A stretch of DNA of 64,000 nucleotides from contig CALARE010000010.1 of the NCBI GenBank assembly GCA_937888725.1, positions 4,876 through 68,875 on the forward strand. The letters run 5' to 3'. Within the stretch, counting starts at the first letter, position 1; the number at the start of each line of letters is the position of its first letter. This DNA is from an uncultured Alphaproteobacteria bacterium. GTDB lineage: Bacteria; Pseudomonadota; Alphaproteobacteria; CAAHEQ01; UBA3637. The position numbers and the translations under genes are program-made. The notes under the pieces were generated by a model. It did not search any database. It was given only the letters and a program-made list of their open reading frames with translations, and was not told where the DNA came from. Positions 53,824 to 63,862 of the stretch are shown piece by piece.

Positions 53824-54786
53824 AGTTGCTAAATTGCTTTTTCTTGTTTGATATAGTGAAAGAGCAATCCCTAAAGCAAGAATGCCAAAGGTAACAATTA
53901 AAGACGTTGCTGTTGTTACTTTTAAACCAATATAAGGCAAAAAGATTTTTGATCCAATAAATATTAAAACAAATGATAACGCATGCTTTAAATAAACAAA
54001 TCGTGTTACCGCTTGAGCCAATAAGAAATATAGTGAACGCAAACCCAATATCGCAAAAATATTACTCGTATAAACAACAAAAACATCTTGCGTAATTAAG
54101 AAAATGGCAGGGATACTATCAATTGCAAAAATCACGTCCATTGTTTCAATAATAATCAATGCCAAAAATAAAGGTGTTGCAATCCATTTTCCAGCCTGTT
54201 TAATAAAAAAGTGTTCTTCATGCAATTGATTTGTCATCGGAATATAACGCTTAATAAATGAAAGCATTTTCCCCTCAGAGGCTTGTGCTTTATCTTCTTC
54301 CTCATCATCTTTCATTGTTTCAATAAGCATTTTTGCACCAGTATAAATCAAAAATGCTGAGAAAAGGTACAATACCCAGTGAAACTGACTAACCAATTGT
54401 GCACCAACTAAAATCATCAATGCACGCATGACAATAGCACCCAATACACCCCAAAATAAAACTCTATGCTGATAAATTGCTGGTATTTTTAATGAAGTAA
54501 AAACCAATGAAATAACAAAAATATTATCCATCGACAAACTAAATTCTACAAGATATCCTGTATAAAAAAGCATTCCAATGTCAATGCCTTTTTCATACAA
54601 AACAAATAGTCCAAAAAGTAATGAAACAGCCATATATGAAAGGCAAATTTTAAGAGTCCCTTTCATTGTTGGAGTATCTGATTTTCTGTGAAATACAAAT
54701 AAATCTAAAAATAAAATTGTAAAAACAATTAGAGCAAAAACAACCCACATTGCTCCTGTTGATAAGTGTGATAATGTATCTAACAT
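53812..54786 (-). CDS. TerC/Alx-family integral membrane protein
   Basis: EFSLSMDNIFVISLVF and ETMDVIFAIDSIPAIF repeats are diagnostic of TerC. Confidence 0.85.
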   Translation of the reverse strand: MLDTLSHLSTGAMWVVFALIVFTILFLDLFVFHRKSDTPTMKGTLKICLSYMAVSLLFGLFVLYEKGIDIGMLFYTGYLVEFSLSMDNIFVISLVFTSLKIPAIYQHRVLFWGVLGAIVMRALMILVGAQLVSQFHWVLYLFSAFLIYTGAKMLIETMKDDEEEDKAQASEGKMLSFIKRYIPMTNQLHEEHFFIKQAGKWIATPLFLALIIIETMDVIFAIDSIPAIFLITQDVFVVYTSNIFAILGLRSLYFLLAQAVTRFVYLKHALSFVLIFIGSKIFLPYIGLKVTTATSLIVTFGILALGIALSLYQTRKSNLATLEK

Positions 54787-54800
54787 TTTTACATCCTTTG

Positions 54801-55328
54801 TTATTTTGGTTTGTCATTAATTAATGGCCTACGAATAGGATTTGACGCCAAACCCCGTTTACAAAATTCTTCCCACGGAAAAGTTTGTCCTGGATCAAAT
54901 TTTCTATTTGGTGCAATATCTGAATGTGCCACCACATTCTCGGGTTTAATATGATAGCGTTTCATGATATCAGCACAAAGTTCTGTACCAGCCTGTATCT
55001 GTTCTTTTGAAAAATCTGTAAATGTTCTTTCCCCTAAAGCAGGACATTGAAATTCAATCCCAATTGAATGAGAATTAATATCTTCAGTTATATCACCCCA
55101 CGTTGAAACACCCGCATGCCAAGCACGCTTATCTTCTGGAATAACTTGATAAACAGTCCCATCTCTATCAATCACATAGTGGGAACTCACACGTCCACCG
55201 TCCTCTTTTTCAATAAAAATAGAAAGTGTTTCATCAATAGAATTAGTTGCTGTTGCATGAAAAACAATCATATCAATATCAGATTTTCTTTCATCAAAAT
55301 GCAACGATGGCTTTTGAATAATTTTCAT
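54801..55328 (-). CDS. ampD: N-acetylmuramoyl-L-alanine amidase (AmpD-like, amidase_2)
   Basis: IVFHATA..., SSHYVIDRDGTVYQVIPEDKRAWHAGVSTW, NSHSIGIEF, VVAHSDIAPNRKFDPG. Confidence 0.85.
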   Translation of the reverse strand: MKIIQKPSLHFDERKSDIDMIVFHATATNSIDETLSIFIEKEDGGRVSSHYVIDRDGTVYQVIPEDKRAWHAGVSTWGDITEDINSHSIGIEFQCPALGERTFTDFSKEQIQAGTELCADIMKRYHIKPENVVAHSDIAPNRKFDPGQTFPWEEFCKRGLASNPIRRPLINDKPK

Positions 55329-55828
55329 ACTTTCTCCATCATCTTTTTTAATGTTACAGGACGCAAAAAACTATGACACAATGATATTGCTAAAGCATCA
55401 GCTGCGTCGGCCGGTATATTTTCAGGCACAGATTTTAATAATGTTCTTACCATCATATCAACTTGTTTTTTATCTGCATGACCAACACCCACAACCATCT
55501 TTTTTATTTGGTTAGGTGTATATTCAGCCACGGGAATTTTAAAAAGTGCTGGTGTTAATAAAACAACGCCTCTTGCTTGTCCCAATTTTAAGGTTGAATT
55601 TGGATTTTTATTAACAAAAGTTTCTTCAACTGCAGCCTCATCTGGCTCATATGCTTCAATAATTTTTTTTAAATCAACATGAAGTTCACTTAATCTAGAG
55701 CTTAACTCATTTTTATCATCAGGATTAATCACTCCAGCAGCAATAAAACGCAAACGGGAGCCATCTTTTTCAATGACTCCCCAGCCTGTATGTCTTAATC
55801 CTGGGTCAAGCCCTAAGATTCGAACCAT
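55325..55828 (-). CDS. ruvC: Holliday junction resolvase RuvC
   Basis: MVRILGLDPGLRHTGWGVIE..., EETFVNKNPNSTLKLGQARGV, DAADALAISLCH. Confidence 0.95.
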   Translation of the reverse strand: MVRILGLDPGLRHTGWGVIEKDGSRLRFIAAGVINPDDKNELSSRLSELHVDLKKIIEAYEPDEAAVEETFVNKNPNSTLKLGQARGVVLLTPALFKIPVAEYTPNQIKKMVVGVGHADKKQVDMMVRTLLKSVPENIPADAADALAISLCHSFLRPVTLKKMMEKV

Positions 55829-55830
55829 TT

Positions 55831-56583
55831 TTACTCTCCTAACTGTTCCATAATTTCATCAGGAATATCTGCATTTGTAATGACACGTTGCACGTCATCA
55901 TCTTCATTTAACAAATCAATAAATTTCATTAATTTTTGAGCTGTTTCTAAATCTGTAATTTCTTTTTGCACCATTGGTTTCCAATCACGTCTTGCAACAT
56001 TTGGCGTACCAAGTTTTGCCTCTAAAGCATCACGGACAGCACCCAAATCATCTGGTTGACATGTGATTTCATGCGTTTCATCTGTTGAGATAACATCATC
56101 AGCACCTGCATCAAGAGCCGCTTCAAAAATTGCATCTGGCGTTCCGACAGCAACAGGATATTCAATATAACCAATGCGTTCAAAATTAAATGTTACAGAT
56201 CCTGTTTCACCTAATGAACCACCATTTTTTGAAAACAAAGAACGAAGAACAGGAGCTGTTCTTGCCCGATTATCTGTGAGAGCTTCCACGATTACAGAAA
56301 CCTTACCAGGGCCCATACCTTCATAACGAACTTCTTCGTAATTGGATGTGTCTGTTCCCTGTGTTCCTTTTAAAATCGCACGTTCAATATTGTCCTTTGG
56401 CATATTTTCAGAACGAGCTGTTTGAATAGCTAAACGCAACCGTGGGTTTGCAGCAGGGTCACCCCCACCTTGTTTTGCCGCAACGGTAATTTCACGTGCT
56501 AATTTTGAAAAAACTTTTGCACGCATCTTATCTTGTGCACCTTTACGGTACATAATATTTTTAAACTGTGAATGTCCTGCCAT
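55831..56583 (-). CDS. yebC: YebC/PmpR-family DNA-binding regulator
   Basis: [37 protein letters not shown]... is a highly conserved family N-terminus. Confidence 0.95.
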   Translation of the reverse strand: MAGHSQFKNIMYRKGAQDKMRAKVFSKLAREITVAAKQGGGDPAANPRLRLAIQTARSENMPKDNIERAILKGTQGTDTSNYEEVRYEGMGPGKVSVIVEALTDNRARTAPVLRSLFSKNGGSLGETGSVTFNFERIGYIEYPVAVGTPDAIFEAALDAGADDVISTDETHEITCQPDDLGAVRDALEAKLGTPNVARRDWKPMVQKEITDLETAQKLMKFIDLLNEDDDVQRVITNADIPDEIMEQLGE

Positions 56584-56627
56584 AATTGTTTTCCTTAAAT
56601 TAAAATTTTAAAATATGAGCGATTATA

Positions 56628-57440
56628 TCATACTTCATGTGTATTTTCAAGCGTTTGACCAATACGAACGGGAAAAATTTCTCTTGCCCGACCCGTTTTT
56701 TCATCAATATCCGCACAAACAGCACAAAAAGTTGCATTTTTTTCAGCGGGTTCCAAGCGTCCTTTTTTATCCCCCCCCAAAAACCGATGGAATGCTAATT
56801 CTTTTTTCATTCCAATAACAGAATCATAATCCCCGCACATACCGATATCAGAAATATAGGCTGTCCCGCTATTTAGAACATGTGCATCTGCCGTTGGAAT
56901 GTGTGTATGTGTGCCAACCACCAAAGAGGCATGACCATCTAAAAAGTGCCCTAAAGCCACTTTTTCAGCTGTTGCCTCAGCATGAAAATCCACAACTAAA
57001 ACATCATAATCTTTCCCCTTTTTATACGTTTCTAACCATTTTTGAATAGCAAGGAAAGGACTATCTACTGAACGCATAAAAACGCTCCCTAACAACTGGA
57101 CAACCGCTACACGAACCCCCGATTTTGATGGAACAATACAAAATCCTTTTCCAACTGTATTTTCTGGATAATTCATAGGTCGAATAATATTGTCCTTTTC
57201 ATTTAAAATAGGGAAAATGTCAGGTTTATCAAACGAATGATTTCCAAGCGTAATAACATCTGCACCTTGTGTTAAAAATGCTTCATACATTTTAGGACTA
57301 ATCCCAAAACCATGTGCTGCATTTTCACCATTTACAATAATAAAATCCAAATTTAGTTGTTCTTTTAATTTAGGCAAACAAGACATTACCAATTTTCGGC
57401 CAGCCTTACCAACAACATCTCCACAAAATAATATTTTCAT
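56628..57440 (-). CDS. YmdB-family metallophosphoesterase (TIGR00282-like)
   Basis: MKILFCGDVVGKAGRK, NGENAAHGFGI, VDFHAEATAEK, GTHTHIPTAD. Confidence 0.85.
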   Translation of the reverse strand: MKILFCGDVVGKAGRKLVMSCLPKLKEQLNLDFIIVNGENAAHGFGISPKMYEAFLTQGADVITLGNHSFDKPDIFPILNEKDNIIRPMNYPENTVGKGFCIVPSKSGVRVAVVQLLGSVFMRSVDSPFLAIQKWLETYKKGKDYDVLVVDFHAEATAEKVALGHFLDGHASLVVGTHTHIPTADAHVLNSGTAYISDIGMCGDYDSVIGMKKELAFHRFLGGDKKGRLEPAEKNATFCAVCADIDEKTGRAREIFPVRIGQTLENTHEV

Positions 57441-57769
57441 ACTGCTTCTTCTTTATTATCTTCTTCATTTAACGTATCAGCAAGAGATGTGATTTTTTCA
57501 GCCAATACTGTAATTGAGTTTGCAATTTGTTTTTGATTCTCTAAAAAAGAATCCACATTTACATTTTTTTCAAGTTGACTTTTTTCTTCCGCCAACAAAA
57601 GACAAAGCATGGCGAGTAATTGTCCCTCTTGCATAAACCCAATTGATTTCAACAATTTTTCAGCTCGTGCATCTAAATTTCCAGCGAGCGTTTCCATATA
57701 CGCCTCTTGCCCATCAGCACAAGAAAATTTATAATATCTGCCACCAATTTTTAAAGAAACAACAGCCAT
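57437..57769 (-). CDS. zapA: cell division protein ZapA
   Basis: VSLKIGGRYYKFSCADGQE...LLAMLCLLLAEE fits the ZapA pattern. Overlaps both neighbours by ATGA/TAATG. Confidence 0.8.
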   Translation of the reverse strand: MAVVSLKIGGRYYKFSCADGQEAYMETLAGNLDARAEKLLKSIGFMQEGQLLAMLCLLLAEEKSQLEKNVNVDSFLENQKQIANSITVLAEKITSLADTLNEEDNKEEAV

Positions 57770-57963
57770 TATTCACCTCCTTGATTTTGATGATACGTTG
57801 CCAAGGCATTATCAATACGCATATAAGTTTTGCGGATAATATTTTTTAATTCTTCGACTTTATGGACAGCTTGCTCCTTATCTTTTTTGGTTTGATGCAA
57901 CGCTGTTTCCAATTTAACAACAGCTTGTTCTAATTGATTAACCGCATTTTTAATTTCTTCCAT
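57769..57963 (-). CDS. small coiled-coil protein upstream of zapA (ZauP/ZapB-like, DUF4164-like)
   Basis: 64 aa, heptad-rich. The position directly upstream of zapA is where Caulobacter ZauP is encoded. The assignment rests on context. Confidence 0.5.
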   Translation of the reverse strand: MEEIKNAVNQLEQAVVKLETALHQTKKDKEQAVHKVEELKNIIRKTYMRIDNALATYHQNQGGE

Positions 57964-57971
57964 TTTGTCAC

Positions 57972-58565
57972 CTATATATTTCGTCTTGCTTTAAATGCCA
58001 ATTGCAATGTCCCATCATCTAAATAATCAAGCTCACCACCGACAGGAACACCCCTTGAAAGCGTTGAGATATTCACATCAAACTCTGACAATCTATCAGA
58101 CAAATAATGCACGGTTGTTTGCCCCTCAATTGAGGCGGGCAATGCAAGAACAACCTCTTTAACCGCCTTAGCAGCAACTTTTTCAACAAGCTCTTTAATC
58201 CGCAACTCATCAGGGCCAACCCCATCTAATGCAGAAAGAACGCCACCCAAAACATGGTAAACCCCTTTAAAAACACCAGCTCTTTCAAGTGCCCACAAAT
58301 CTGAAACGTCTTGCACAACACAAACAACTGACGAATCTCGCTTAGTGTCTGAACAAATAGCACATGGAACACTTGTATCCATATTTCCACAACATGGGCA
58401 AGGCTGGACACGTTCTAAAACGGCCTGCATGGCTGCCACTAATGGTACAAATTTACTTTCCTTTTGTTTTAATAACGACAAAACTGCCCGCCTTGCAGAT
58501 CGAGGTCCCAAAGCAGGCAATTTTGAAAGCAAACTGATTAATTGTTCTAACTCAGGTGCAGCCAT
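57972..58565 (-). CDS. recR: recombination protein RecR
   Basis: LISLLSKLPALGPRSARRA, C4 zinc finger CPCCGN...CAIC, Toprim VVCVVQDVSDLWALE. ATG 58565 lies 6 nt after AAAGG. The track start at 58571 is TTG. Confidence 0.95.
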   Translation of the reverse strand: MAAPELEQLISLLSKLPALGPRSARRAVLSLLKQKESKFVPLVAAMQAVLERVQPCPCCGNMDTSVPCAICSDTKRDSSVVCVVQDVSDLWALERAGVFKGVYHVLGGVLSALDGVGPDELRIKELVEKVAAKAVKEVVLALPASIEGQTTVHYLSDRLSEFDVNISTLSRGVPVGGELDYLDDGTLQLAFKARRNI

Positions 58566-58574
58566 TTTCAACCT

Positions 58575-58898
58575 TTAGAATGGCATTTTAAAACCAGCGG
58601 GCAATCCAAGTGAAGATTGGATTCGCTCCATCTCAGATGCCATTGTTTTTTCAACATTTTCAAAAGCTGACCGCATAGCAATCAAAACCAAATCTTCCAA
58701 TGTTTCCGTATCTTGGGCATCCACAACAGCTGGATTAATTGAAACAGAAACAGGCATATGTTTCCCCGTTACAACCACTTTAACAGCTCCATTTGCAGCA
58801 ACACCTTCAAACTCTTGTTTTTCCATCTTTTGTTGCAAAATAGTCATTTGAGATTGAACCATTTGAGCTTTTTTCATTAAATCACCAATATTACGCAT
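58575..58898 (-). CDS. ybaB: YbaB/EbfC nucleoid-associated protein
   Basis: 107 aa. MKKAQMVQSQMTILQQKMEKQEFEGVAANGAVKVVVTG... is the family pattern. Sits upstream of recR. Confidence 0.9.
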   Translation of the reverse strand: MRNIGDLMKKAQMVQSQMTILQQKMEKQEFEGVAANGAVKVVVTGKHMPVSVSINPAVVDAQDTETLEDLVLIAMRSAFENVEKTMASEMERIQSSLGLPAGFKMPF

Positions 58899-59063
58899 AT
58901 TTTTCTCCTTAAAAATTATAAAAAAGTTACATTTGAGGTTATTATAGAAAAAAAACTTTCAAAAGTAAATTATTATCTTTCATTTTTAACAAAAAGATTT
59001 AAGAAAAAAGACTCGTTTTAAGCTTTTTTTATTTTATTTTCCTTTAATGAAATTGAGAGCGGT

Positions 59064-60932
59064 TTAAAAACCGCCTCCACCTCCGCCTCCAGAACCACCT
59101 CCAGAACAGCCACCATCCGAAAATCCATTACTTCCTCTAGAACCACCACTTGATGACCCAGTTGATAAAGAATGAATACTCGAACTAACAGTTGAAAAAA
59201 CAACAGCATTTCTAAACACATCATCGCTAGATGCCTCAAAATTAAAATAAGACTTCATTTTTTCAACCCACTGATTTTGCATACCAAGCAACACAGCATA
59301 AGGTAATAATTTGTCCATTTCAGCTTGCTGAGGTGCTTTATATTTCAAATCATCAGCTCCGTTTAAGAACATTTTTATTCCCTCTAAATGTTCAACAAGG
59401 AAAAGTCCTTTATCATAAACACGAATGATAATATACTTATAAAATGCAATAAAACAGGCAAATATTAAAACATAGAAAAGCACTTTAAAATCTAACATTG
59501 GAGAAAATGGATTATCTAACCCTAAATCAAACAATTCATTAAACATCGCCCCAAAAAAACCAAGACACCAAAACACGATAAAAGCAATATTAAAAATACT
59601 TTTAAATAGTTTTAAAATCCAACCTCTTTCCCTTTTAAACAACATTAAAACTATATTTGAAATTGCAAACACACCAAGGCCCAATACCACAGCAGGTGCA
59701 AAATTTGAAAAAGTTTCAAAATACAATAAAAAAGAACCAACACAACACCAAAACATCAAAAAACTAAACATGATATATTGTGCTGTATTCTTTTTATACA
59801 AACTATCTATCTCAGATTCAGAGTGCTTTTTGTAAGCTGTAATATACCTAAAAAATGAAGCATTATATTTCCCTTTTTTTAAAGTATAATTCTCTTTTGC
59901 CATTTCAAGGAAAAACTTTTCATCTGAATTTTCAGGTATTATGTTTTTATTTTTTTCAAAGAGAATTTCATTCTCAAGCGCCTTAACATTCAGCAATCCT
60001 CTTTGCGAAAGGTACGCCAAATGAGGCATAACCAAATTAAGCGAATCCAAGTCAACGTGGTGATATCTCCACAGTAAATACAAGGCTCCTAAGCTGTTAA
60101 ATTTCGGTGCATCAAATCTTGGATAAACAGGCCTTTTGTCACCATCTTTTCCATGCTTTTTCCAAGAGGAATAAGAATAAAATGCTAACAATACAAAAAG
60201 CATTATAACCGCAAATTTAAAAAGCCAATTTAATCTTTTATCTAAGAATAAACCACCTTCTGGGATTTGAAAAAAACCAGAAGCTGAAACAACTCTTAAA
60301 GTCATAGCCTCTCCTGTTTTTACCCCATCAGGCAAAGAAATAAAAATCTGATTGCCTTTTCTTTCTACATTTGAATTTTGTTTTTTTGTTCCATATATTC
60401 CTGTAAAAACCTCTGGTTTTCCAATCAAATCCAATCCCTCTGGCAAACGAACAATAGCTTCAACGGATAAAATATCAAAATCCCATTCATCCCCTATTAG
60501 ATTATGATACAATTCATCTTTTGTTTTTTCATCATTTTGTCTTATAATATTATGGTATTTATATGTTATTTTATATTCATAAATACCTGATAAAATATAT
60601 TTATTCATATCACCTAAATAGATGCGTTTTTTCCCATTTTGCACCTGAGTAGTATAGGGAATATTTTTACCATTTCTTGTCACAGATAAGATTGAAACAG
60701 GTGTTTTACCCCCAGCATGCTTTAATGGAAAATCCCTATAAATCCCTTTTTTAATTTTTTTGCCAAGTGCTCTAACTTTAATTGTTTCTTGCATATCTAA
60801 AGAGGAATCTTTATTTAAAGTTGCACCAATTCCATAAAACAAAATTTCTTCTTTTTTAACTTCAGCTTTTGCCCCTGAAAAACCGAATAAACAGCCCCAA
60901 AAAAACACTACAAAAAATATTTTTTTAATCAT
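59064..60932 (-). CDS. DUF2207-family membrane protein with a poly-Gly C-terminal tail
   Basis: Signal-like MIKKIFFVVFFWGCLFGFSGAKA. Extracytoplasmic N-domain. Several TM helices. The tail reads SSGGSRGSNGFSDGGCSGGGSGGGGGGGF. AAGGAG lies 7 nt upstream of ATG 60932. Paired with lemA. Confidence 0.7.
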   Translation of the reverse strand: MIKKIFFVVFFWGCLFGFSGAKAEVKKEEILFYGIGATLNKDSSLDMQETIKVRALGKKIKKGIYRDFPLKHAGGKTPVSILSVTRNGKNIPYTTQVQNGKKRIYLGDMNKYILSGIYEYKITYKYHNIIRQNDEKTKDELYHNLIGDEWDFDILSVEAIVRLPEGLDLIGKPEVFTGIYGTKKQNSNVERKGNQIFISLPDGVKTGEAMTLRVVSASGFFQIPEGGLFLDKRLNWLFKFAVIMLFVLLAFYSYSSWKKHGKDGDKRPVYPRFDAPKFNSLGALYLLWRYHHVDLDSLNLVMPHLAYLSQRGLLNVKALENEILFEKNKNIIPENSDEKFFLEMAKENYTLKKGKYNASFFRYITAYKKHSESEIDSLYKKNTAQYIMFSFLMFWCCVGSFLLYFETFSNFAPAVVLGLGVFAISNIVLMLFKRERGWILKLFKSIFNIAFIVFWCLGFFGAMFNELFDLGLDNPFSPMLDFKVLFYVLIFACFIAFYKYIIIRVYDKGLFLVEHLEGIKMFLNGADDLKYKAPQQAEMDKLLPYAVLLGMQNQWVEKMKSYFNFEASSDDVFRNAVVFSTVSSSIHSLSTGSSSGGSRGSNGFSDGGCSGGGSGGGGGGGF

Positions 60933-61479
60933 TAAGACACTCCTTAATAGATGGCACATTTTTTTCATGCAAGCCATCTAACTGGAAAAAAGGTTTTGCT
61001 GAAACTTTTAAAACTTTTTGAAACAAACAAATCGGAAACAAATTTATAAACGTGTTAAAATTTCGCACAACACCATTATAATATCTACGTGCATATTGCA
61101 AATCGTCTTCTATAAGAACAAGGTCTTGTTGCAATTGATGAAATAGCTCATTGGCTTTCAACTCAGGGTAATTCTCTTTTAACATTAAAACGGTGCAAAT
61201 ACCCTTCTCAAATTGATTTTCAAAACATTCCTTTTGTGCGAGCTTTTCTGTTGTCATAGCTTTTGTTCTTAAAGTTATAATATCTTCTAATGATTTAGAT
61301 TCGTATACACAATAACCTGACACAACTCGCACCAAATTGGGAATCAAATCATATCGCCGTTTTAGTTGAACTTCTACCCCACTTTCTGCTTCAATAAATA
61401 AATTTTCAAGACGGATAATTTTATTGTAAACCCAAATTAAAAAACAAATAATAATCCCACAAAAAATCAACCACATCAT
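60925..61479 (-). CDS. lemA: LemA-family protein
   Basis: N-terminal TM, then YNKIIRLENLFIEAESGVEVQLKRRYDLIPNLV and ARRYYNGVVRNFNTFI. Confidence 0.85.
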   Translation of the reverse strand: MMWLIFCGIIICFLIWVYNKIIRLENLFIEAESGVEVQLKRRYDLIPNLVRVVSGYCVYESKSLEDIITLRTKAMTTEKLAQKECFENQFEKGICTVLMLKENYPELKANELFHQLQQDLVLIEDDLQYARRYYNGVVRNFNTFINLFPICLFQKVLKVSAKPFFQLDGLHEKNVPSIKECLND

Positions 61480-61641
61480 TTTTCATATCTCCTTATGTTT
61501 ACTATAAAAGAAAACACACCCAAAAACAAGATAAAATTCCCACCTTAGAAAGAACAAACAAACACCCCAAAACTCTTTTTAGAAAAACTTGATTTTTTGA
61601 TTTTTTTTTGATAAGATACGCAAAAATCAAAAGGATTACAA

Positions 61642-63444
61642 ATGACAGACTTATCACATATTAGAAATTTTTCAATTGTTGCACACATTGACCATGGCAA
61701 ATCCACTTTGGCAGACAGACTTATTCAAAAATGTGGTGCTGTTACTGATAGAGAGATGAAGGAACAGCTTTTAGACAATATGGATATTGAGCGTGAACGA
61801 GGCATTACCATCAAAGCTCAGACAGTTCGTTTGAATTATAAAGCTCAAGATGGTGAAGATTATATTCTCAATCTTATTGATACGCCAGGGCATGTTGACT
61901 TTGGATATGAAGTCAGCCGCTCTCTTGCGGCGTGTGAAGGCTCCCTCTTAGTGGTTGACGCCTCCCAAGGGGTTGAGGCTCAAACACTTGCAAACGTCTA
62001 TAAAGCTCTTGATGCCAATCATGAAATTGTGCCTATTATCAATAAAATTGATTTACCTGCAGCAGAACCAGACAGAGTCAAAGCTCAAATTGAAGATGTT
62101 ATTGGTATTGATGCATCTGAGGCTCCACTTATTTCTGCAAAGACAGGCATTGGTATTGATGAGGTTTTAGAAACAATTGTCACAAAATTACCAGCTCCTC
62201 AAGGGAATACCAACGCCCCTCTTAAAGCTATGCTTGTCGATTCATGGTATGATTCATATTTAGGAATCATTGTTTTGGTTCGTGTTATTGATGGCACACT
62301 AAAAAAAAGTACCACAATCAAAATGATGGCAACAAATGCTGTTTATAAGGTGGAACGTTTGGGGCACTTTATGCCAAAAATGCAAGATACAACTGAACTT
62401 AAAACAGGGGAACTTGGTTTTATTATTTGTGGAATTAAATCTATTGGCGAAACAAGAGTTGGCGACACAATCACAGATGAAAAAAATCCAACAAACGAAG
62501 CTCTCCCAGGGTTTAAGCCAAGTTTAAGTGTTGTTTTTTGCTCTTTATTCCCTGTGGATATGAGTGATTATGAAAATTTAAAAGAATCACTTGGAAAACT
62601 TCAATTAAATGATGCAAGTTTTCAATTCACACCTGATAAATCTCAAGCATTGGGGCAAGGGTTCAGATGCGGATTCTTAGGTCTATTACATATGGAGATT
62701 ATTCAAGAACGTTTGAGTCGTGAATTTAATCTTGACCTTATTACAACCGCACCATCTGTTGCTTATAACGTACATTTAACAAATGGAACCGTTTTAACAA
62801 TGCATAATCCTGCGGACATGCCCGACCCATCATCAATTAAGTTTATCGAAGAACCATGGGTAAAAGCCAGCATTTTAACTCCTGATGAGTATTTGGGTGG
62901 CATTTTGCAATTATGTACCGAGCGTCGTGGAGTACAAAAAGATTTAACCTATGTCGGTAATCGAGCTATGGTGGTGTATCATTTACCCCTTAATGAGATT
63001 GTTTTTGATTTTTATGATCGTTTAAAATCTATTTCAAGGGGGTACGCAAGTTTTGATTATGAAGTATCAGACTATGAACAAAGCGACCTTGTCCGTGTGA
63101 ATATTATGGTTCATGGGGAACAAGTTGATGCTCTTGCCTTTTTAGCACATCGTTCACAGGCAGAACGTCGTGGTCGCCAAATTTGCGAAAGACTTAAAAC
63201 CCTTATTCCACGGCATCAATTTAAAATCCCAATTCAAGCGAGCATTGGTGGTAAGATTATCGCAAGAGAGGATATTTCAGCCTATCGAAAAGATGTGACG
63301 GCAAAATGTTATGGTGGTGATATTACCCGAAAAAGAAAATTGCTTGAAAAGCAAAAAGAAGGGAAAAAGCGTATGCGTCAATTTGGGAATGTTGAAATTC
63401 CACAAACAGCGTTTATTAATGCCCTTAAAATTGGTGATGAATAA
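61642..63444 (+). CDS. lepA: elongation factor 4 (LepA)
   Basis: [42 protein letters not shown]-terminal LepA-specific region. Confidence 0.97.
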   Translation: MTDLSHIRNFSIVAHIDHGKSTLADRLIQKCGAVTDREMKEQLLDNMDIERERGITIKAQTVRLNYKAQDGEDYILNLIDTPGHVDFGYEVSRSLAACEGSLLVVDASQGVEAQTLANVYKALDANHEIVPIINKIDLPAAEPDRVKAQIEDVIGIDASEAPLISAKTGIGIDEVLETIVTKLPAPQGNTNAPLKAMLVDSWYDSYLGIIVLVRVIDGTLKKSTTIKMMATNAVYKVERLGHFMPKMQDTTELKTGELGFIICGIKSIGETRVGDTITDEKNPTNEALPGFKPSLSVVFCSLFPVDMSDYENLKESLGKLQLNDASFQFTPDKSQALGQGFRCGFLGLLHMEIIQERLSREFNLDLITTAPSVAYNVHLTNGTVLTMHNPADMPDPSSIKFIEEPWVKASILTPDEYLGGILQLCTERRGVQKDLTYVGNRAMVVYHLPLNEIVFDFYDRLKSISRGYASFDYEVSDYEQSDLVRVNIMVHGEQVDALAFLAHRSQAERRGRQICERLKTLIPRHQFKIPIQASIGGKIIAREDISAYRKDVTAKCYGGDITRKRKLLEKQKEGKKRMRQFGNVEIPQTAFINALKIGDE

Positions 63445-63490
63445 TATTTTTTGTCTTTATTAAAAATTATCTGTTATTTCTCATAAAAAT

Positions 63491-63521
63491 AAGCACGCAA
63501 ACCCTTGACTTTTGCGTGCTT
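63491..63521. promoter_or_regulatory. 11-bp perfect inverted repeat with 9-nt spacer upstream of groES (CIRCE-like), enclosing a TTGACT -35
   Basis: AAGCACGCAAA(63491-63501)-cccttgact-TTTGCGTGCTT(63511-63521). TTGACT 63505-63510 and TATTTA 63528-63533 with a 17-nt spacer. Confidence 0.5.
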
Positions 63522-63574
63522 ACATACTATTTAATATACAATTCTAACAAAAAACTTGAAAGGATACACATACA

Positions 63575-63862
63575 ATGAATTTCAAACCATTACTTGACCG
63601 TGTTGTTATTAAACGCACACAAGAAGAAAATCGCACAGCTGGTGGAATTATCATTCCAGACACAGCAAAAGAAAAACCATCTCAAGGAGTTGTAACAGCT
63701 GTCGGCCCTGGTGGTCGTGATGAAAAGGGAAATATCATCCCTATGACTTTAAAAGAAGGCGATAAAGTCCTATTTAGCAAATGGTCAGGTACCGAAATTA
63801 AAATCAACGGTGAAGATTTATTAATCATGAAAGAATCCGATGTTCTCGGAATCTTAGCTTAG
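63575..63862 (+). CDS. groES: co-chaperonin GroES
   Basis: [40 protein letters not shown]... Confidence 0.97.
   Translation: MNFKPLLDRVVIKRTQEENRTAGGIIIPDTAKEKPSQGVVTAVGPGGRDEKGNIIPMTLKEGDKVLFSKWSGTEIKINGEDLLIMKESDVLGILA

Noticed and set aside
54787-54800. Checked for a yybP-ykoY (Mn) riboswitch upstream of the TerC gene and for 6S RNA downstream of zapA.
   Set aside because: Only 14 nt separate ampD and terC, and zapA overlaps the next gene. There is no space for either RNA.
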